Assembly (NCBI GenBank): GCA_040390045.1
Contig: JAZJZC010000002.1
Location: forward strand, 101,113-165,112
Length of the DNA stretch: 64,000 nucleotides
Direction: 5' to 3'
From: Patescibacteria group bacterium
GTDB taxonomy: Bacteria; Patescibacteriota; Minisyncoccia; Phycocordibacterales; SIBU01
Below are positions 45,428-54,810 of the stretch, one piece after another. Below the pieces are notes generated by a model. It did no database searches, was not told where the DNA came from, and was given only the letters and a program-made list of their open reading frames with translations. The translations under genes were made by a program, and so were the position numbers. Every line of letters begins with the position of its first letter. Position 1 is the stretch's first letter.

Positions 45428-47302
45428 ATGCTTATATCCTACAACTGGCTACAATCATATTTTGACGAAACACTTCCTGAACCGGAAAAGCTAGGGGAAC
45501 TTTTGACGTTCGCCTCTTTTGAGTTGGAAGGAATTGAAAAAAAGGGCAGTGACACAATTCTTGATTTAAAAGTTTTACCTGACCGCGCTTGTTATGCACT
45601 TTCGCATCGCGGAATGGGATACGAAGTTGCAGCCATTACCGGCTTGGCTAAGAAAAAACAGGAACAGATTTTACCGCCAGTAGGAAAAACTCGACCATTC
45701 AATGTGCGCGTGGAAGACTCTGATTTGTGTGCGCGATATATGGCCCGAGTAATTGAAAATGTTACCCAAAGAGAATTGCCGGTGGTGAAAGAGAGATTGC
45801 AGAGTGTTGGCCAGCGCTCGATCAACCCAGTTGTTGATAGTGCCAATTTTGTGATGCTTGATCGAGGTCAACCGCTCCATGCGTTTGACGCGGATAAAGT
45901 GAAGGGGGATATTGTAGTGCGTAGAGCAAAAACAGGGGAAAAAATAATTACACTTGATAATCGCGAGGTCGACTTGGATGAAACTATTTTGATTATTGCA
46001 GATGAAGAAGCGCCACTTGCGATCGCGGGAATTAAGGGTGGGAAAAGAGCTGAGGTTACGTCGAGCACAAAAAATTTAATTCTCGAGTCGGCCAGTTTCA
46101 ATGCGTCATATATTCGTAAAACCTCGGACAAGCTCGGCATTAGAACTGACGCATCAAAGCGATACGAAAATAAATTTTCAGCGGATATGACGAGTAAAGG
46201 AATGAATGATTTTAGCGCGCTCTTGTTTGAAATGGATTCACAAATTTTGGCCGGTGAAGTAATCGATATCTATTCCAATGTTCTGCAGAACATTGGAATA
46301 GATATAACAGCAGAGTATATTTCAAATAGGTTAGGGTTGGATTTACCAGAAGAGGTAATTGTCGATGTTCTCAGATGTCTAAAAATTGAAGTTAAAAAAA
46401 GAGGGAAGGAGTTAATACTCACGCCACCAATCTTTCGCGCTGACCTCTTGATTCCCGAGGACATTGCAGAAGAGGTGGGAAGAATTGTCGGGTACGATAA
46501 AGTTCCGGCCACTCTTCCACCTGTCCTCAAAATGGAACTAGAAATTCCAAAGCAGTTTTACTATGAATGGAAAATTCGTGAGATTTTGGCGAACGCTGGT
46601 TTTTCGGAGGTGATGACGTCATCATTTTCATCGAGTGGGGAAATTGCGATTGAGAAACCGCTGGCAGAAGATAAAAAATTCACTCGGCCAAATTTACGAA
46701 ACAACTTTGCAATGGCGCTCAAACTCAATTTCGGCAACGCTTCACTTTTTGGTTCTGAAGAAATAAAAATTTTTGAAATAGGAAAAGTTTTTGGAAGAGG
46801 TGGCGAGCATGCCGCACTTGCTGTAGGATTTGCGGGACCAAAAAAGAAAGTCGCTTCTGAACTTTCTGCTGTCGTCGCGCTTCTTTCAGAAAAACTTGGA
46901 TGCAACCTAGAAGGGGAAACCAAAGACGGCATTTTTGAAACTAATTTGGATAAAGCCCTGAGCGATCTGCCACAGCCAAAAAGTTCGGACGTCCTAACTT
47001 TTCCTCTTTGTGACGCCATGTTTAAGCCATTTTCTGTCTATCCTTTTATTGTTCGCGATATTGCGCTCTTTGTTCCAGCCGGCACAGATTCTGAAACTAT
47101 CCACCAATTAATTTTAGGAGACGCCGGAGATTTTGTGGTTCACTCGAAACTATTCGACCGATTTGAGAAAGATGGAAAAGTTTCCTACGGCTTTCGTTTA
47201 GTGTTTCAATCTATGGGGCGGACGTTGACCGATGAAGAAATAAATAAAGTTATGGAAAAAGTGTACGAAACATTAAAAGCTAAGGGTTGGGAAATTAGAT
47301 AA
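45428..47302 (+). CDS. pheT: phenylalanine-tRNA ligase beta subunit (short form)
   Basis: MLISYNWLQSYFDETLPEPEKL N-terminus and B3/4 domain. 624 aa (bacterial PheT is usually about 800). Confidence 0.85.
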   Translation: MLISYNWLQSYFDETLPEPEKLGELLTFASFELEGIEKKGSDTILDLKVLPDRACYALSHRGMGYEVAAITGLAKKKQEQILPPVGKTRPFNVRVEDSDLCARYMARVIENVTQRELPVVKERLQSVGQRSINPVVDSANFVMLDRGQPLHAFDADKVKGDIVVRRAKTGEKIITLDNREVDLDETILIIADEEAPLAIAGIKGGKRAEVTSSTKNLILESASFNASYIRKTSDKLGIRTDASKRYENKFSADMTSKGMNDFSALLFEMDSQILAGEVIDIYSNVLQNIGIDITAEYISNRLGLDLPEEVIVDVLRCLKIEVKKRGKELILTPPIFRADLLIPEDIAEEVGRIVGYDKVPATLPPVLKMELEIPKQFYYEWKIREILANAGFSEVMTSSFSSSGEIAIEKPLAEDKKFTRPNLRNNFAMALKLNFGNASLFGSEEIKIFEIGKVFGRGGEHAALAVGFAGPKKKVASELSAVVALLSEKLGCNLEGETKDGIFETNLDKALSDLPQPKSSDVLTFPLCDAMFKPFSVYPFIVRDIALFVPAGTDSETIHQLILGDAGDFVVHSKLFDRFEKDGKVSYGFRLVFQSMGRTLTDEEINKVMEKVYETLKAKGWEIR

Positions 47303-47314
47303 TTTTTTCACTAT

Positions 47315-47654
47315 GTCATCCTCGCGAATGCGGGGACCCAGGTATGATGTATTACGTTTACATTTTAGCTAGTCAACGGAACGGCACTTTGTATATTGGA
47401 ATTACTTCAGATTTACAAAAGAGAATTTATCAGCATAAAACAAATGCAGTTTAAGGATTTACTCAAAAATATGCTGTTCATACTTTGGTTTACTATGAAT
47501 ATACCGAGAATGTTGAAGCAGCAATTGCACGAGAGAAACAACTCAAAAAATGGAATCGCAAGTGGAAATTGGATTTAATTGAAAAAGATAATCCGCAATG
47601 GAGAGATTTGCAGGGGATGTTATGAGTCTGGATCCCCGCATTCGCGAGGATGAC
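47315..47654. mobile_element. GIY-YIG nuclease cassette bracketed by 27-bp terminal inverted repeats
   Basis: Left gtcatcctcgcgaatgcggggacccag (47315-47341). Right ctggatccccgcattcgcgaggatgac (47628-47654), whose reverse complement matches the left at 26 of 27 positions. Confidence 0.6.
47344..47625 (+). pseudogene. GIY-YIG (UPF0213/YhbQ-like) nuclease gene with a single in-frame TAA at 47452-47454
   Basis: MMYYVYILASQRNGTLYIGITSDLQKRIYQHKTNAV*GFTQKYAVHTLVYYEYTENVEAAIAREKQLKKWNRKWKLDLIEKDNPQWRDLQGML. Homologues have a sense codon (K/S) at the stop position. Confidence 0.6.
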
Positions 47655-47735
47655 AGAGGGTTGTTTAGAAATGGCAATTTTGTAATTATAAAAAATAAAA
47701 GAAAAATTTGTACGATATATCGTACAAATAAAAAC

Positions 47736-47760
47736 CCCATCGTGTAGAAGGGGTTGAATG
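47736..47760 (-). terminator. rho-independent terminator for the minus-strand gene (aaccccttctacacgatggggttttt)
   Basis: Hairpin plus T-tract on the minus strand immediately after the stop at 47766. Confidence 0.6.
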
Positions 47761-47765
47761 ACCGA

Positions 47766-48809
47766 TTATTTTTTCGGAAGTATTAGCAGTTGGCCGTCAC
47801 ATGGCCTTGTAAGATAGGTAAGATTGTTCTTGCCCAGATTGATATTTACAACCCGGCTTTTGCCGATTAGAAATCCCGCCGACGTTGACTCGGCGACGTG
47901 GTACACTTTCTCGCCGATCGGGAATGAAAGCTCGTTACTCGGAACAAAATCTCCAGCAACGAGAACCGTGACATGCGACGGGTAGTATCCCAGATAGTAG
48001 GGAATTTCGTACTGCTCGAGCAGGCTAGCAAGGAGCACTGCTTTCGCGCCACACGTGCCTGTTTTGGTGAGCAAGGTTTCCTCAGGTTTTTTTATGACCT
48101 GTCTGGAGTTTGCCCATTGTATCTCTTCCGGATCGTATTCGATTTCGGTAGAGACGAAGTCGAGGAGTTTCTGGGCGATTTTTTCAGGCTTGATTTCACC
48201 CTTAACCAGATTTTTCGCCAAGCGACTGAGCGACGGCTCTCCTTTTTTACCGACCACCGAGCCGAAATTGGCAATGACGTGATCGATTCCTCTGCCGTCT
48301 ACGTACTCAGAGAAAAAGTATTTTCCGCCAATCACCGATTTATTATCCATGAAGTCCGCCAGTTCCTGCGGAGTTGTTTCAAACTTCACGGACGGGTAAG
48401 GGACGACAATTTTTGCTTCGGAGTTGATCACGAAATTTTCCATCGGGAAACAGACAAGGCGTCTACCCTTTTGTGTGTACTGATATTTACCCAAATGAGC
48501 GAGGTCACCCCTTTCTTCACCCATCTCCACGTCCTCTAAGGGCAAACTGCAAACTTTTCGCAGGTCGCTCAGGAGTTTCGCCTTGGGAAATGACAGGTAC
48601 AGCATTCGACTGTCAAGGTCCAAAATTTCCAACTCGGCTTCCGTGCCCGTCAGTTGAGCCATTAGGTTTTCCGAGGAGAACTTGGGTTGCGCTAAAAAGT
48701 CGAGCATCGCCAAAGCGAGGGAACGCCGAGGTTTGATTGGAGATGACATGTGAACCAAGAAGCCAACGAGACCCAATAGCAACAAAATAGCAAAGATCTT
48801 TGTTTTCAT
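47766..48809 (-). CDS. secreted transglutaminase-like (Cys-His-Asp papain-like) domain protein
   Basis: Signal peptide MKTKIFAILLLLGLVGFLV; TGTCGAKAVLLASLLEQYEIPYYLGYYPSHVTV resembles the transglutaminase-core G-x-C...A..F....R..GIP-R motif. Confidence 0.45.
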   Translation of the reverse strand: MKTKIFAILLLLGLVGFLVHMSSPIKPRRSLALAMLDFLAQPKFSSENLMAQLTGTEAELEILDLDSRMLYLSFPKAKLLSDLRKVCSLPLEDVEMGEERGDLAHLGKYQYTQKGRRLVCFPMENFVINSEAKIVVPYPSVKFETTPQELADFMDNKSVIGGKYFFSEYVDGRGIDHVIANFGSVVGKKGEPSLSRLAKNLVKGEIKPEKIAQKLLDFVSTEIEYDPEEIQWANSRQVIKKPEETLLTKTGTCGAKAVLLASLLEQYEIPYYLGYYPSHVTVLVAGDFVPSNELSFPIGEKVYHVAESTSAGFLIGKSRVVNINLGKNNLTYLTRPCDGQLLILPKK

Positions 48810-48994
48810 TTTCAGAATAACGGAGATTGCGGTTTACGAAACTAATTTATTTTTAACACAACTTACGCTAATTTGTCAAATTTTTGTCTCGAGTTTTATC
48901 CACCTTCAAAGTGCAAAAAAGCTTTTATTTCAAGCTCATTTTTGCTATACTTGTGTTACCTAAAAGCACAAAGCTTTTTTAATTTTGTATCAAA

Positions 48995-51058
48995 ATGGCC
49001 AAAGAAAAGGAAGAAAAGGAAGAAAAGAAAGGCAATTATAGCGCTCAGGACATCACTGTTTTGGAGGGTTTGGAACCTGTCCGTAAGCGTCCGGGAATGT
49101 ACATCGGAACCACTGGTCCCGACGGTTTGCATCACCTCATCACTGAAATTTTCGACAACTCTCGCGACGAAGCGATGGGAGGTTTTTGTAATGATATTGA
49201 AATCACCCTGTTACCGGAGAACCGCGTGCGCGTGGTAGACAATGGCCGAGGAATTCCTGTGGACATTCACAAACAATCAAAAGTTTCTGCCCTTGAAACG
49301 ATCATGACAACACTCCACGCTGGAGGAAAATTCGGTGGGGAAGGCTACAAAGTTTCGGGCGGACTTCACGGAGTCGGTGCCTCTGTCGTTAATGCCCTTT
49401 CGATTTTTTGTGAAGTGGTAGTGCATCGAGACGGTGGAGTTTTTGTTCAGGAATACAAACAAGGTAAGAAAAAATCTGCCGTTAAAAAAATTGGTAAGTC
49501 AGATCTTCACGGCACGATTACTACTTTTGAACCTGACAAAGAAATTTTCAAGGAAGGAACAGTCTTTGATTTCAACCGCGTTTTGGGACACATGCGCCAG
49601 CAAGCCTATCTCGTGAAAGCGTTGCGAATTTCCGTCATCGACGCCCGCGAAACAAAAGTGCCGATTGATACTGCCGACATTTTTTATCTCCGCGAACTCG
49701 GACTCGATTTCCCATCCCAAACATTTTATTTCGAGGGAGGTTTGCTTTCCTTGGTAAAATTTTCTAACCAGTTTTTAAAACCAGTTCACAAAAATATTTT
49801 TTACGTTGAGAAAAAAGTAGAAGGTATTGAGTCTGTCGAGGTGGCGCTTCAATATGTCGACGATATTTCCGCCCGCATTTTACCTTTCGCCAACAACATT
49901 TACACCGGCGAAGGAGGTACACATATTACCGGTTTCAAAACTGCGCTCACCAGAACTATCAATAGTTACGCTCGCAAGGGTGGTCTAGTAAAAGAGAGCG
50001 AAGATAATTTTACCGGCGAAGATGTGCTCGAAGGATTGACCGCCGTGGTTTCGGTCAAGCTCCGCGAAATTCAATTTGAAGGTCAGACCAAATCAAAACT
50101 TGGAAGTGTTGAAGCTCAGGGCGCAGTCGCCACCGTTTTCGGCGAAGCCTTTACCGCGTTTCTTGAGGAAAATCCTGATGATGCCAAAGCCATTGTTTAC
50201 AAAGTAGTTTTGGCGCTTAAGGCGCGAAAGGCTGCCAAGGCGGCAAAGGATTCAGTATTGCGAAAGGGTGCACTGGAAGGCATGACGTTGCCTGGAAAAC
50301 TGGCTGATTGTCAGAGTAAGGATGCGTCTGAATCAGAACTTTTTATTGTGGAGGGAGATTCGGCCGGAGGTACGGCAAAAACAGGACGAGATCGAAAAAC
50401 TCAAGCCATCTTGCCGCTCCGAGGAAAAATTTTAAACATCGAACGAGCGCGACTCGACAAGATGCTCGACTCTGAGCAGATTAAAAATTTGGTGGTGGCG
50501 ATCGGCACAGCCATCGGAGATACGTTTGATTTGGCTAAATTGCGATATCACAAAATTATTATCGCTACTGATGCCGACGTCGACGGGGCTCACATTCGCA
50601 CACTTATTCTGACGCTCTTTTACCGACATTTCAAACCACTCATTGAAGGCGGATTTATTTATATTGCTCAGCCGCCACTGTACAAAGTAAAACGTGGAAA
50701 AGAAATTTTGTATTTTTATAGTGAAGAGGAAAAAACCAAAGCTCTTGGCAAAGAAGAAATTCCGCTCGATGAAAGTGGATCTGAAGAAACAGAGGAAGCT
50801 GAATCCGAGGAGGAAGAGAAGGTTGGTAAAACTAAAACAGCCAAGGTTTCAATTCAACGTTACAAAGGTCTCGGAGAAATGAATGCTGAAGAACTTTGGG
50901 AGACGACCATGGATCCTGAAAAACGAATTCTAAAACAGGTTCGAATTGAAGACGCACAGGACGCGGACAAAGTATTTGATATGCTCATGGGAACCGATGT
51001 TCCTTCTCGCAAAAGCTTTATTCAGTCAAACGCGAAGTTGGCGAACCTCGATATTTAA
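48995..51058 (+). CDS. gyrB: DNA gyrase subunit B
   Basis: GHKL ATPase motifs (EIFDNSRDEAMGG; GLHGVGASVVNALS), Toprim EGDSAGG, and C-terminal KGLGEMNAEELWETTMDP. Acidic insertion DESGSEETEEAESEEEEK. Confidence 0.9.
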   Translation: MAKEKEEKEEKKGNYSAQDITVLEGLEPVRKRPGMYIGTTGPDGLHHLITEIFDNSRDEAMGGFCNDIEITLLPENRVRVVDNGRGIPVDIHKQSKVSALETIMTTLHAGGKFGGEGYKVSGGLHGVGASVVNALSIFCEVVVHRDGGVFVQEYKQGKKKSAVKKIGKSDLHGTITTFEPDKEIFKEGTVFDFNRVLGHMRQQAYLVKALRISVIDARETKVPIDTADIFYLRELGLDFPSQTFYFEGGLLSLVKFSNQFLKPVHKNIFYVEKKVEGIESVEVALQYVDDISARILPFANNIYTGEGGTHITGFKTALTRTINSYARKGGLVKESEDNFTGEDVLEGLTAVVSVKLREIQFEGQTKSKLGSVEAQGAVATVFGEAFTAFLEENPDDAKAIVYKVVLALKARKAAKAAKDSVLRKGALEGMTLPGKLADCQSKDASESELFIVEGDSAGGTAKTGRDRKTQAILPLRGKILNIERARLDKMLDSEQIKNLVVAIGTAIGDTFDLAKLRYHKIIIATDADVDGAHIRTLILTLFYRHFKPLIEGGFIYIAQPPLYKVKRGKEILYFYSEEEKTKALGKEEIPLDESGSEETEEAESEEEEKVGKTKTAKVSIQRYKGLGEMNAEELWETTMDPEKRILKQVRIEDAQDADKVFDMLMGTDVPSRKSFIQSNAKLANLDI

Positions 51059-51066
51059 GGCGCTCG

Positions 51067-51273
51067 GAATCATTTCCCAAGAACACGGATAAAGCCGGCC
51101 AGCGCCGGCTTTTCCTATGCTCAACTCGCCACAGTCAAGAGCCCCTCGCGATTACACTCAGGGTCGTTGACTGACCAGCTGGCTCGTTTCCGCAATGTTC
51201 TTGGGAAATGATTCCTCGCTGAGATACCCCCTTAAACTTCAGAAAGTTTAAGGGGGTAGGGGGAAATCTCAGC
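51067..51273. repeat. structured palindromic element: perfect 20-bp inverted repeat (ggaatcatttcccaagaaca) flanking the gyrB terminator, plus a 56-nt extended hairpin
   Basis: IR arms at 51067-51086 and 51196-51215. Terminator hairpin aaagccggccagcgccggcttttcc at 51091-51115. Nested hairpin gctgagat-a-ccccc-ttaaactt-cagaa-agtttaa-ggggg...atctcagc at 51218-51273. Confidence 0.55.
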
Positions 51274-51379
51274 ACTTCTGTTCATAGTCTTACTTGTCTT
51301 CAGTTTTTGGAGGAGTATCATTAAGTTATTGTGGAATTTCTAGAAAAGCATTTTAAAAATTAGTATTTATTAATCATTT

Positions 51380-53812
51380 ATGGGATTACGTGAAAAGTTA
51401 TTAGCTGCAGGGGCAGAAAAGTTAGCTACACAAGAACAGGAAGCAACGAGTATCAGAGAAAGACTTGTACGCGAAGCAAAAGAAAAAGAAGCGGCAAGTG
51501 TTCGAATGGAAATTGCCGCTTTGACTGATAAAAAAGCTAAATTGGAGGCAGCTTTGGCTGATCTCGAGGCGTCCTATACAGAATTAGCGCACGATAGATC
51601 ATCATTAAAAACTGGCAGAAGAGAGGTTGCTCAAAAGAAAGCAGGCAAGGAAAGCTCAGAACGAAAAATTGTTGCTTTGCTCGATGTTCTCACCCCAAGG
51701 GAGGGCGAAACCCGAGAGGATCAAATGCTTCGCGAAGCTCTACAAGCAAGAGGTCTCACTACCGCAGAACAAATTATTGCTCATCCAGAGTTTCAAGACG
51801 ATCCTGACGTAGTAGGTTTAAAACGTGGTGAGGTTGAAGTTACCACTTCCAAAGAAGCTCTAAAACCAAAAAAGCGTGCTCTGGTTGATAAGTATTTAGG
51901 AGAAGAAGTTGCTCCAGCAACAGAGGCTGATGTTCCAGAAACCAAGAAAAAAAGAGTGGGTGGAGCACGAGTAGCGCGACAGGCGGTTAAAGAGGCCATC
52001 CCAGAAATCGTAGAAGGTGGAGAAAATTTTTCATTTGCAGGGAAAAATCGTCCAGAATCAGTCAAAAAATTGAAAGCACATCTTAAAGTAATGCAAGAAG
52101 AGATTGGTGCTCTTGAATTGAAAACTCCAGAAGGTCAAGCGGAACTTAAAAAGAGGTTTGAAAGATTTTACGCAAACCGTTTTCAGGATAAGAACTATTT
52201 CGTTAGAGCAGAAAGGGGTGTGCCACGTAATTTTGTTGATCAAAGCGATATTGCCGATGCAGAGAAATACGGTGTTGAGGTAATAAAAGGCACCCTCAAA
52301 GAACAAGTGCAAGCAAGACTGGCGACAGAAGTTGAAAAGGCAAAAGGCACAGTCGGGGTGGTTAAGGCCAAAAATGACGTAGTAAAAATTGAAAGCTCAG
52401 AGCAAAAGCTAGAGCCATTTATTGGAAGAGTGCATGTTCTCGAAAGGAAAAGACAAGAAGTTCTCGCCGCTCTAAAAGCAAAGGAAAAAGACGTTGCTGG
52501 TTTAATCAGACATTATTTTGGCGATGAAAGCAGTAATGGACGTGGCTTTCAGCCTATGTTGAAAAGCGATCCTACTCGAGCTTGGCTGTATTATCTTGAA
52601 AAATTTTCATGCCAGTTTTTGCTTGAAGCTACTAGAGACGGTGGCACCAGTGATGAAACTATTAGAAGAGGTGTCCCGGCCGTGATGCTGGAATTTCTCC
52701 AGAAGAAAAGAGGAGATTCTTTCAATTCAAAGGACCCTGTCGCAAGTATGTTTGATACTGAATCTTTTGAAAAAGGTCTTGTAATATATGAGCAATTTTT
52801 AAATGAAGTTTCAAACATTGTAACTAATCAGCCTGAAAGTATTGCGGGTAGTGAACGTCGTTCAGGAAGTGATGCAATGGTTCTTGCTGATAAGTTTAGA
52901 GATGCTTCTAAGCTAAACCCTTACCAAAGTGTCCGTATTGAAAGTGAACAGGTTATGGCGTCAGTAAATGCTGGACGTAGTTTAGATCAAATTAAGAAGA
53001 ATATACAAGAAGCTGAAAAACCTTTTGATCAAGCTCGAAAGGAGCGTGGTGAATATTTGGATCGATTGGTGGATAAGGAGTGGGCGGAGGAGGAAGAAAA
53101 AGCTTTTTCAAGGGCGCATTCTGAAACGGCAGATATTAGCCAGAAAGCGGAGAGAATAAGGGTGCAAAAAGAGGTTGCGCAAGAGTTGTCTCCACTAGTT
53201 TTAAAAGCCAGAACAAGTCTTTTGTCTGGTGAATTTGGTCCAGATAAAACTTCTGGAGAGTTTCAGATTAGTTTGGACCGTGAAGGCTATCCACGGGTCA
53301 CACATACTGAGTATGATTCTGCTTCACAAGAATACAATACAGCACAAAAAGAATTAGAATTACTTAAAAATAAAATTCTAGAAAATGAAAGACAAGAACG
53401 GCCTCGAAAGTGGTTCGGAGAGAAACCGCTAGATGTGGAGCTTAAACGCTTAAAGGCTGATCAACCAATTAAGGCTGAACGTTTTGCTGCGGCTGAGCAA
53501 AGATATAATGCAATTGATGTTCAGACGAAGAGTGTTTATACAGCATTCAGCGAGCTTCATAAGTTGATTCCAAGAGGCGGTTTTGAGATCGACTCTAATC
53601 CTAGGCCTCTTCCTGAATTTATCGATATGCTTCAAAGGATAAGTAATGAAGCTTCCTCTGCAACCCTATCTCCTGAAGAGCAAAAGATTTTTAATGAATT
53701 TATTCGGTTGAGACGAAAAACCACACAAGCGACTGTAGAAGTCCAAGGAGCCAAGGGTATAAGTAGAGATACTATTGAGAAACTTCGAGAACTTAGGTAC
53801 GGATTAACCTAA
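51380..53812 (+). CDS. large (810-aa) coiled-coil-rich cytoplasmic hypothetical protein
   Basis: No TM helix, P-loop or recognisable catalytic motif. Long charged heptad-like stretches. Confidence 0.45.
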   Translation: MGLREKLLAAGAEKLATQEQEATSIRERLVREAKEKEAASVRMEIAALTDKKAKLEAALADLEASYTELAHDRSSLKTGRREVAQKKAGKESSERKIVALLDVLTPREGETREDQMLREALQARGLTTAEQIIAHPEFQDDPDVVGLKRGEVEVTTSKEALKPKKRALVDKYLGEEVAPATEADVPETKKKRVGGARVARQAVKEAIPEIVEGGENFSFAGKNRPESVKKLKAHLKVMQEEIGALELKTPEGQAELKKRFERFYANRFQDKNYFVRAERGVPRNFVDQSDIADAEKYGVEVIKGTLKEQVQARLATEVEKAKGTVGVVKAKNDVVKIESSEQKLEPFIGRVHVLERKRQEVLAALKAKEKDVAGLIRHYFGDESSNGRGFQPMLKSDPTRAWLYYLEKFSCQFLLEATRDGGTSDETIRRGVPAVMLEFLQKKRGDSFNSKDPVASMFDTESFEKGLVIYEQFLNEVSNIVTNQPESIAGSERRSGSDAMVLADKFRDASKLNPYQSVRIESEQVMASVNAGRSLDQIKKNIQEAEKPFDQARKERGEYLDRLVDKEWAEEEEKAFSRAHSETADISQKAERIRVQKEVAQELSPLVLKARTSLLSGEFGPDKTSGEFQISLDREGYPRVTHTEYDSASQEYNTAQKELELLKNKILENERQERPRKWFGEKPLDVELKRLKADQPIKAERFAAAEQRYNAIDVQTKSVYTAFSELHKLIPRGGFEIDSNPRPLPEFIDMLQRISNEASSATLSPEEQKIFNEFIRLRRKTTQATVEVQGAKGISRDTIEKLRELRYGLT

Positions 53813-53861
53813 TATGGTTGCATAGGATAATTTAGAACACGCGAAATGTTTGTGTTTTAAA

Positions 53862-53894
53862 AATTGCGCAACAGCTGTTGCGCAATTTTTTGCT
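53862..53894. terminator. perfect palindrome aaaattgcgcaacagctgttgcgcaatttt (bidirectional terminator)
   Basis: 14-bp arms with A/T tracts on both sides. Confidence 0.6.
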
Positions 53895-53925
53895 AGTGAT
53901 ACCATAAAGAACCAGAGAGTCTCTA

Positions 53926-54444
53926 TTGAAATTTGGAAAACAGAAAGCAAAACCTATGAGCGGACGTTGTGGTTTCCATCCGGATGGCCCTTGGAAAAGG
54001 GTCAGTTCTCACCCGAGTGCTTCAAACTACAGTTTGGTTTTCGGACCATACCTGGAAGTGCTTCACGCGCATCCAGTCGATGAACCAGCTGATTTCACTC
54101 AGCCCTTCCTCTCGATTTCTTTCGCGCTTCCCGGCGTACGAGAAGATTTGCGAATTCAGGTTCGGGCAGAGCCTGATCCAATCAAGTTGTGTGCCTTTCT
54201 GGCTCATAACATTAAGGCCGCACGGAGCGGAGTCGTTGGAACTTTTTTCTACACCTGTTGTGGGAATGTGCCAGCCCACGATCCACTGAAAACCTTGCTT
54301 CATTCGTTCGATAAGTGGGGAGGCTGGTGCGAAGAGGGGCTACCGCTTCACGACGAAATTCTGTTGGCCTGCCAACGCGCGCGTACGCAAGTACCACGGC
54401 AAGTTTTGCCGGTGCGACCTCTTTGTTCTTGTCTTCAGGCTTAA
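53926..54444 (+). CDS. hypothetical Cys-rich protein in a GC-rich (~50%) island
   Basis: 172-aa ORF. Local GC is clearly above the flanks. Coding status uncertain, as overlapping antisense ORFs exist. Confidence 0.25.
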   Translation: MKFGKQKAKPMSGRCGFHPDGPWKRVSSHPSASNYSLVFGPYLEVLHAHPVDEPADFTQPFLSISFALPGVREDLRIQVRAEPDPIKLCAFLAHNIKAARSGVVGTFFYTCCGNVPAHDPLKTLLHSFDKWGGWCEEGLPLHDEILLACQRARTQVPRQVLPVRPLCSCLQA

Positions 54445-54527
54445 TATAGCGATAAACTCAACCGATTGGCGGCTGAGTTTTTTCTTCGGCGGAAAGGTTG
54501 AGCCTTACGGAAAGAAAAAAAGCAATC

Positions 54528-54764
54528 CTAAGATTGCTTTTGACGAGTGAAAATTAAGTAGCGTGTACCGGCTACAACGAGCGGCCCCTCTAGGTAGCCA
54601 TTTCCGATGCTGATGCCCTCGAGAATGTCGTGGGCTCTCGAAGCACTAGCGTTGATCACGTACCTCTTGGGAGAAATTTCAAGCTCGCCTTGCGCGAGTT
54701 CGGCAACGTGCCGGGATACGAAATCCTGGTCAGCGCTATCGACGAAAGTTGAGTTGAGTTTCAT
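54528..54764 (-). CDS. hypothetical small protein
   Basis: 78 aa. Its stop overlaps a terminator hairpin (aagcaatcttaggattgctttt). Confidence 0.3.
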   Translation of the reverse strand: MKLNSTFVDSADQDFVSRHVAELAQGELEISPKRYVINASASRAHDILEGISIGNGYLEGPLVVAGTRYLIFTRQKQS

Positions 54765-54810
54765 ATTTCGAGTTATTTTATAGCATTATAATAAAATTTA
54801 GTCAACTTTC

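Noticed and set aside
47452-47454. Alternative genetic code explaining the in-frame TAA in the GIY-YIG gene
   Set aside because: TAA is used as the ordinary stop of many well-supported genes in the window. Known CPR recoding affects UGA (code 25), not UAA.
47396-47578. 60-aa ORF inside the GIY-YIG cassette
   Set aside because: Wrong frame. The GIY-YIG homology is in the frame starting at 47344, which carries the in-frame TAA.
53850-54500. GC-rich island as RNase P RNA, tmRNA or SRP RNA
   Set aside because: None of the conserved motifs (RNase P GGAAAGTCCGGGCTCC-type P4 sequence, tmRNA tRNA-like 3' end with TTCGAATCC..CCA, SRP GGAA/GCAG domain IV) are visible on either strand by eye. Left as an unexplained GC island or Cys-rich ORF.
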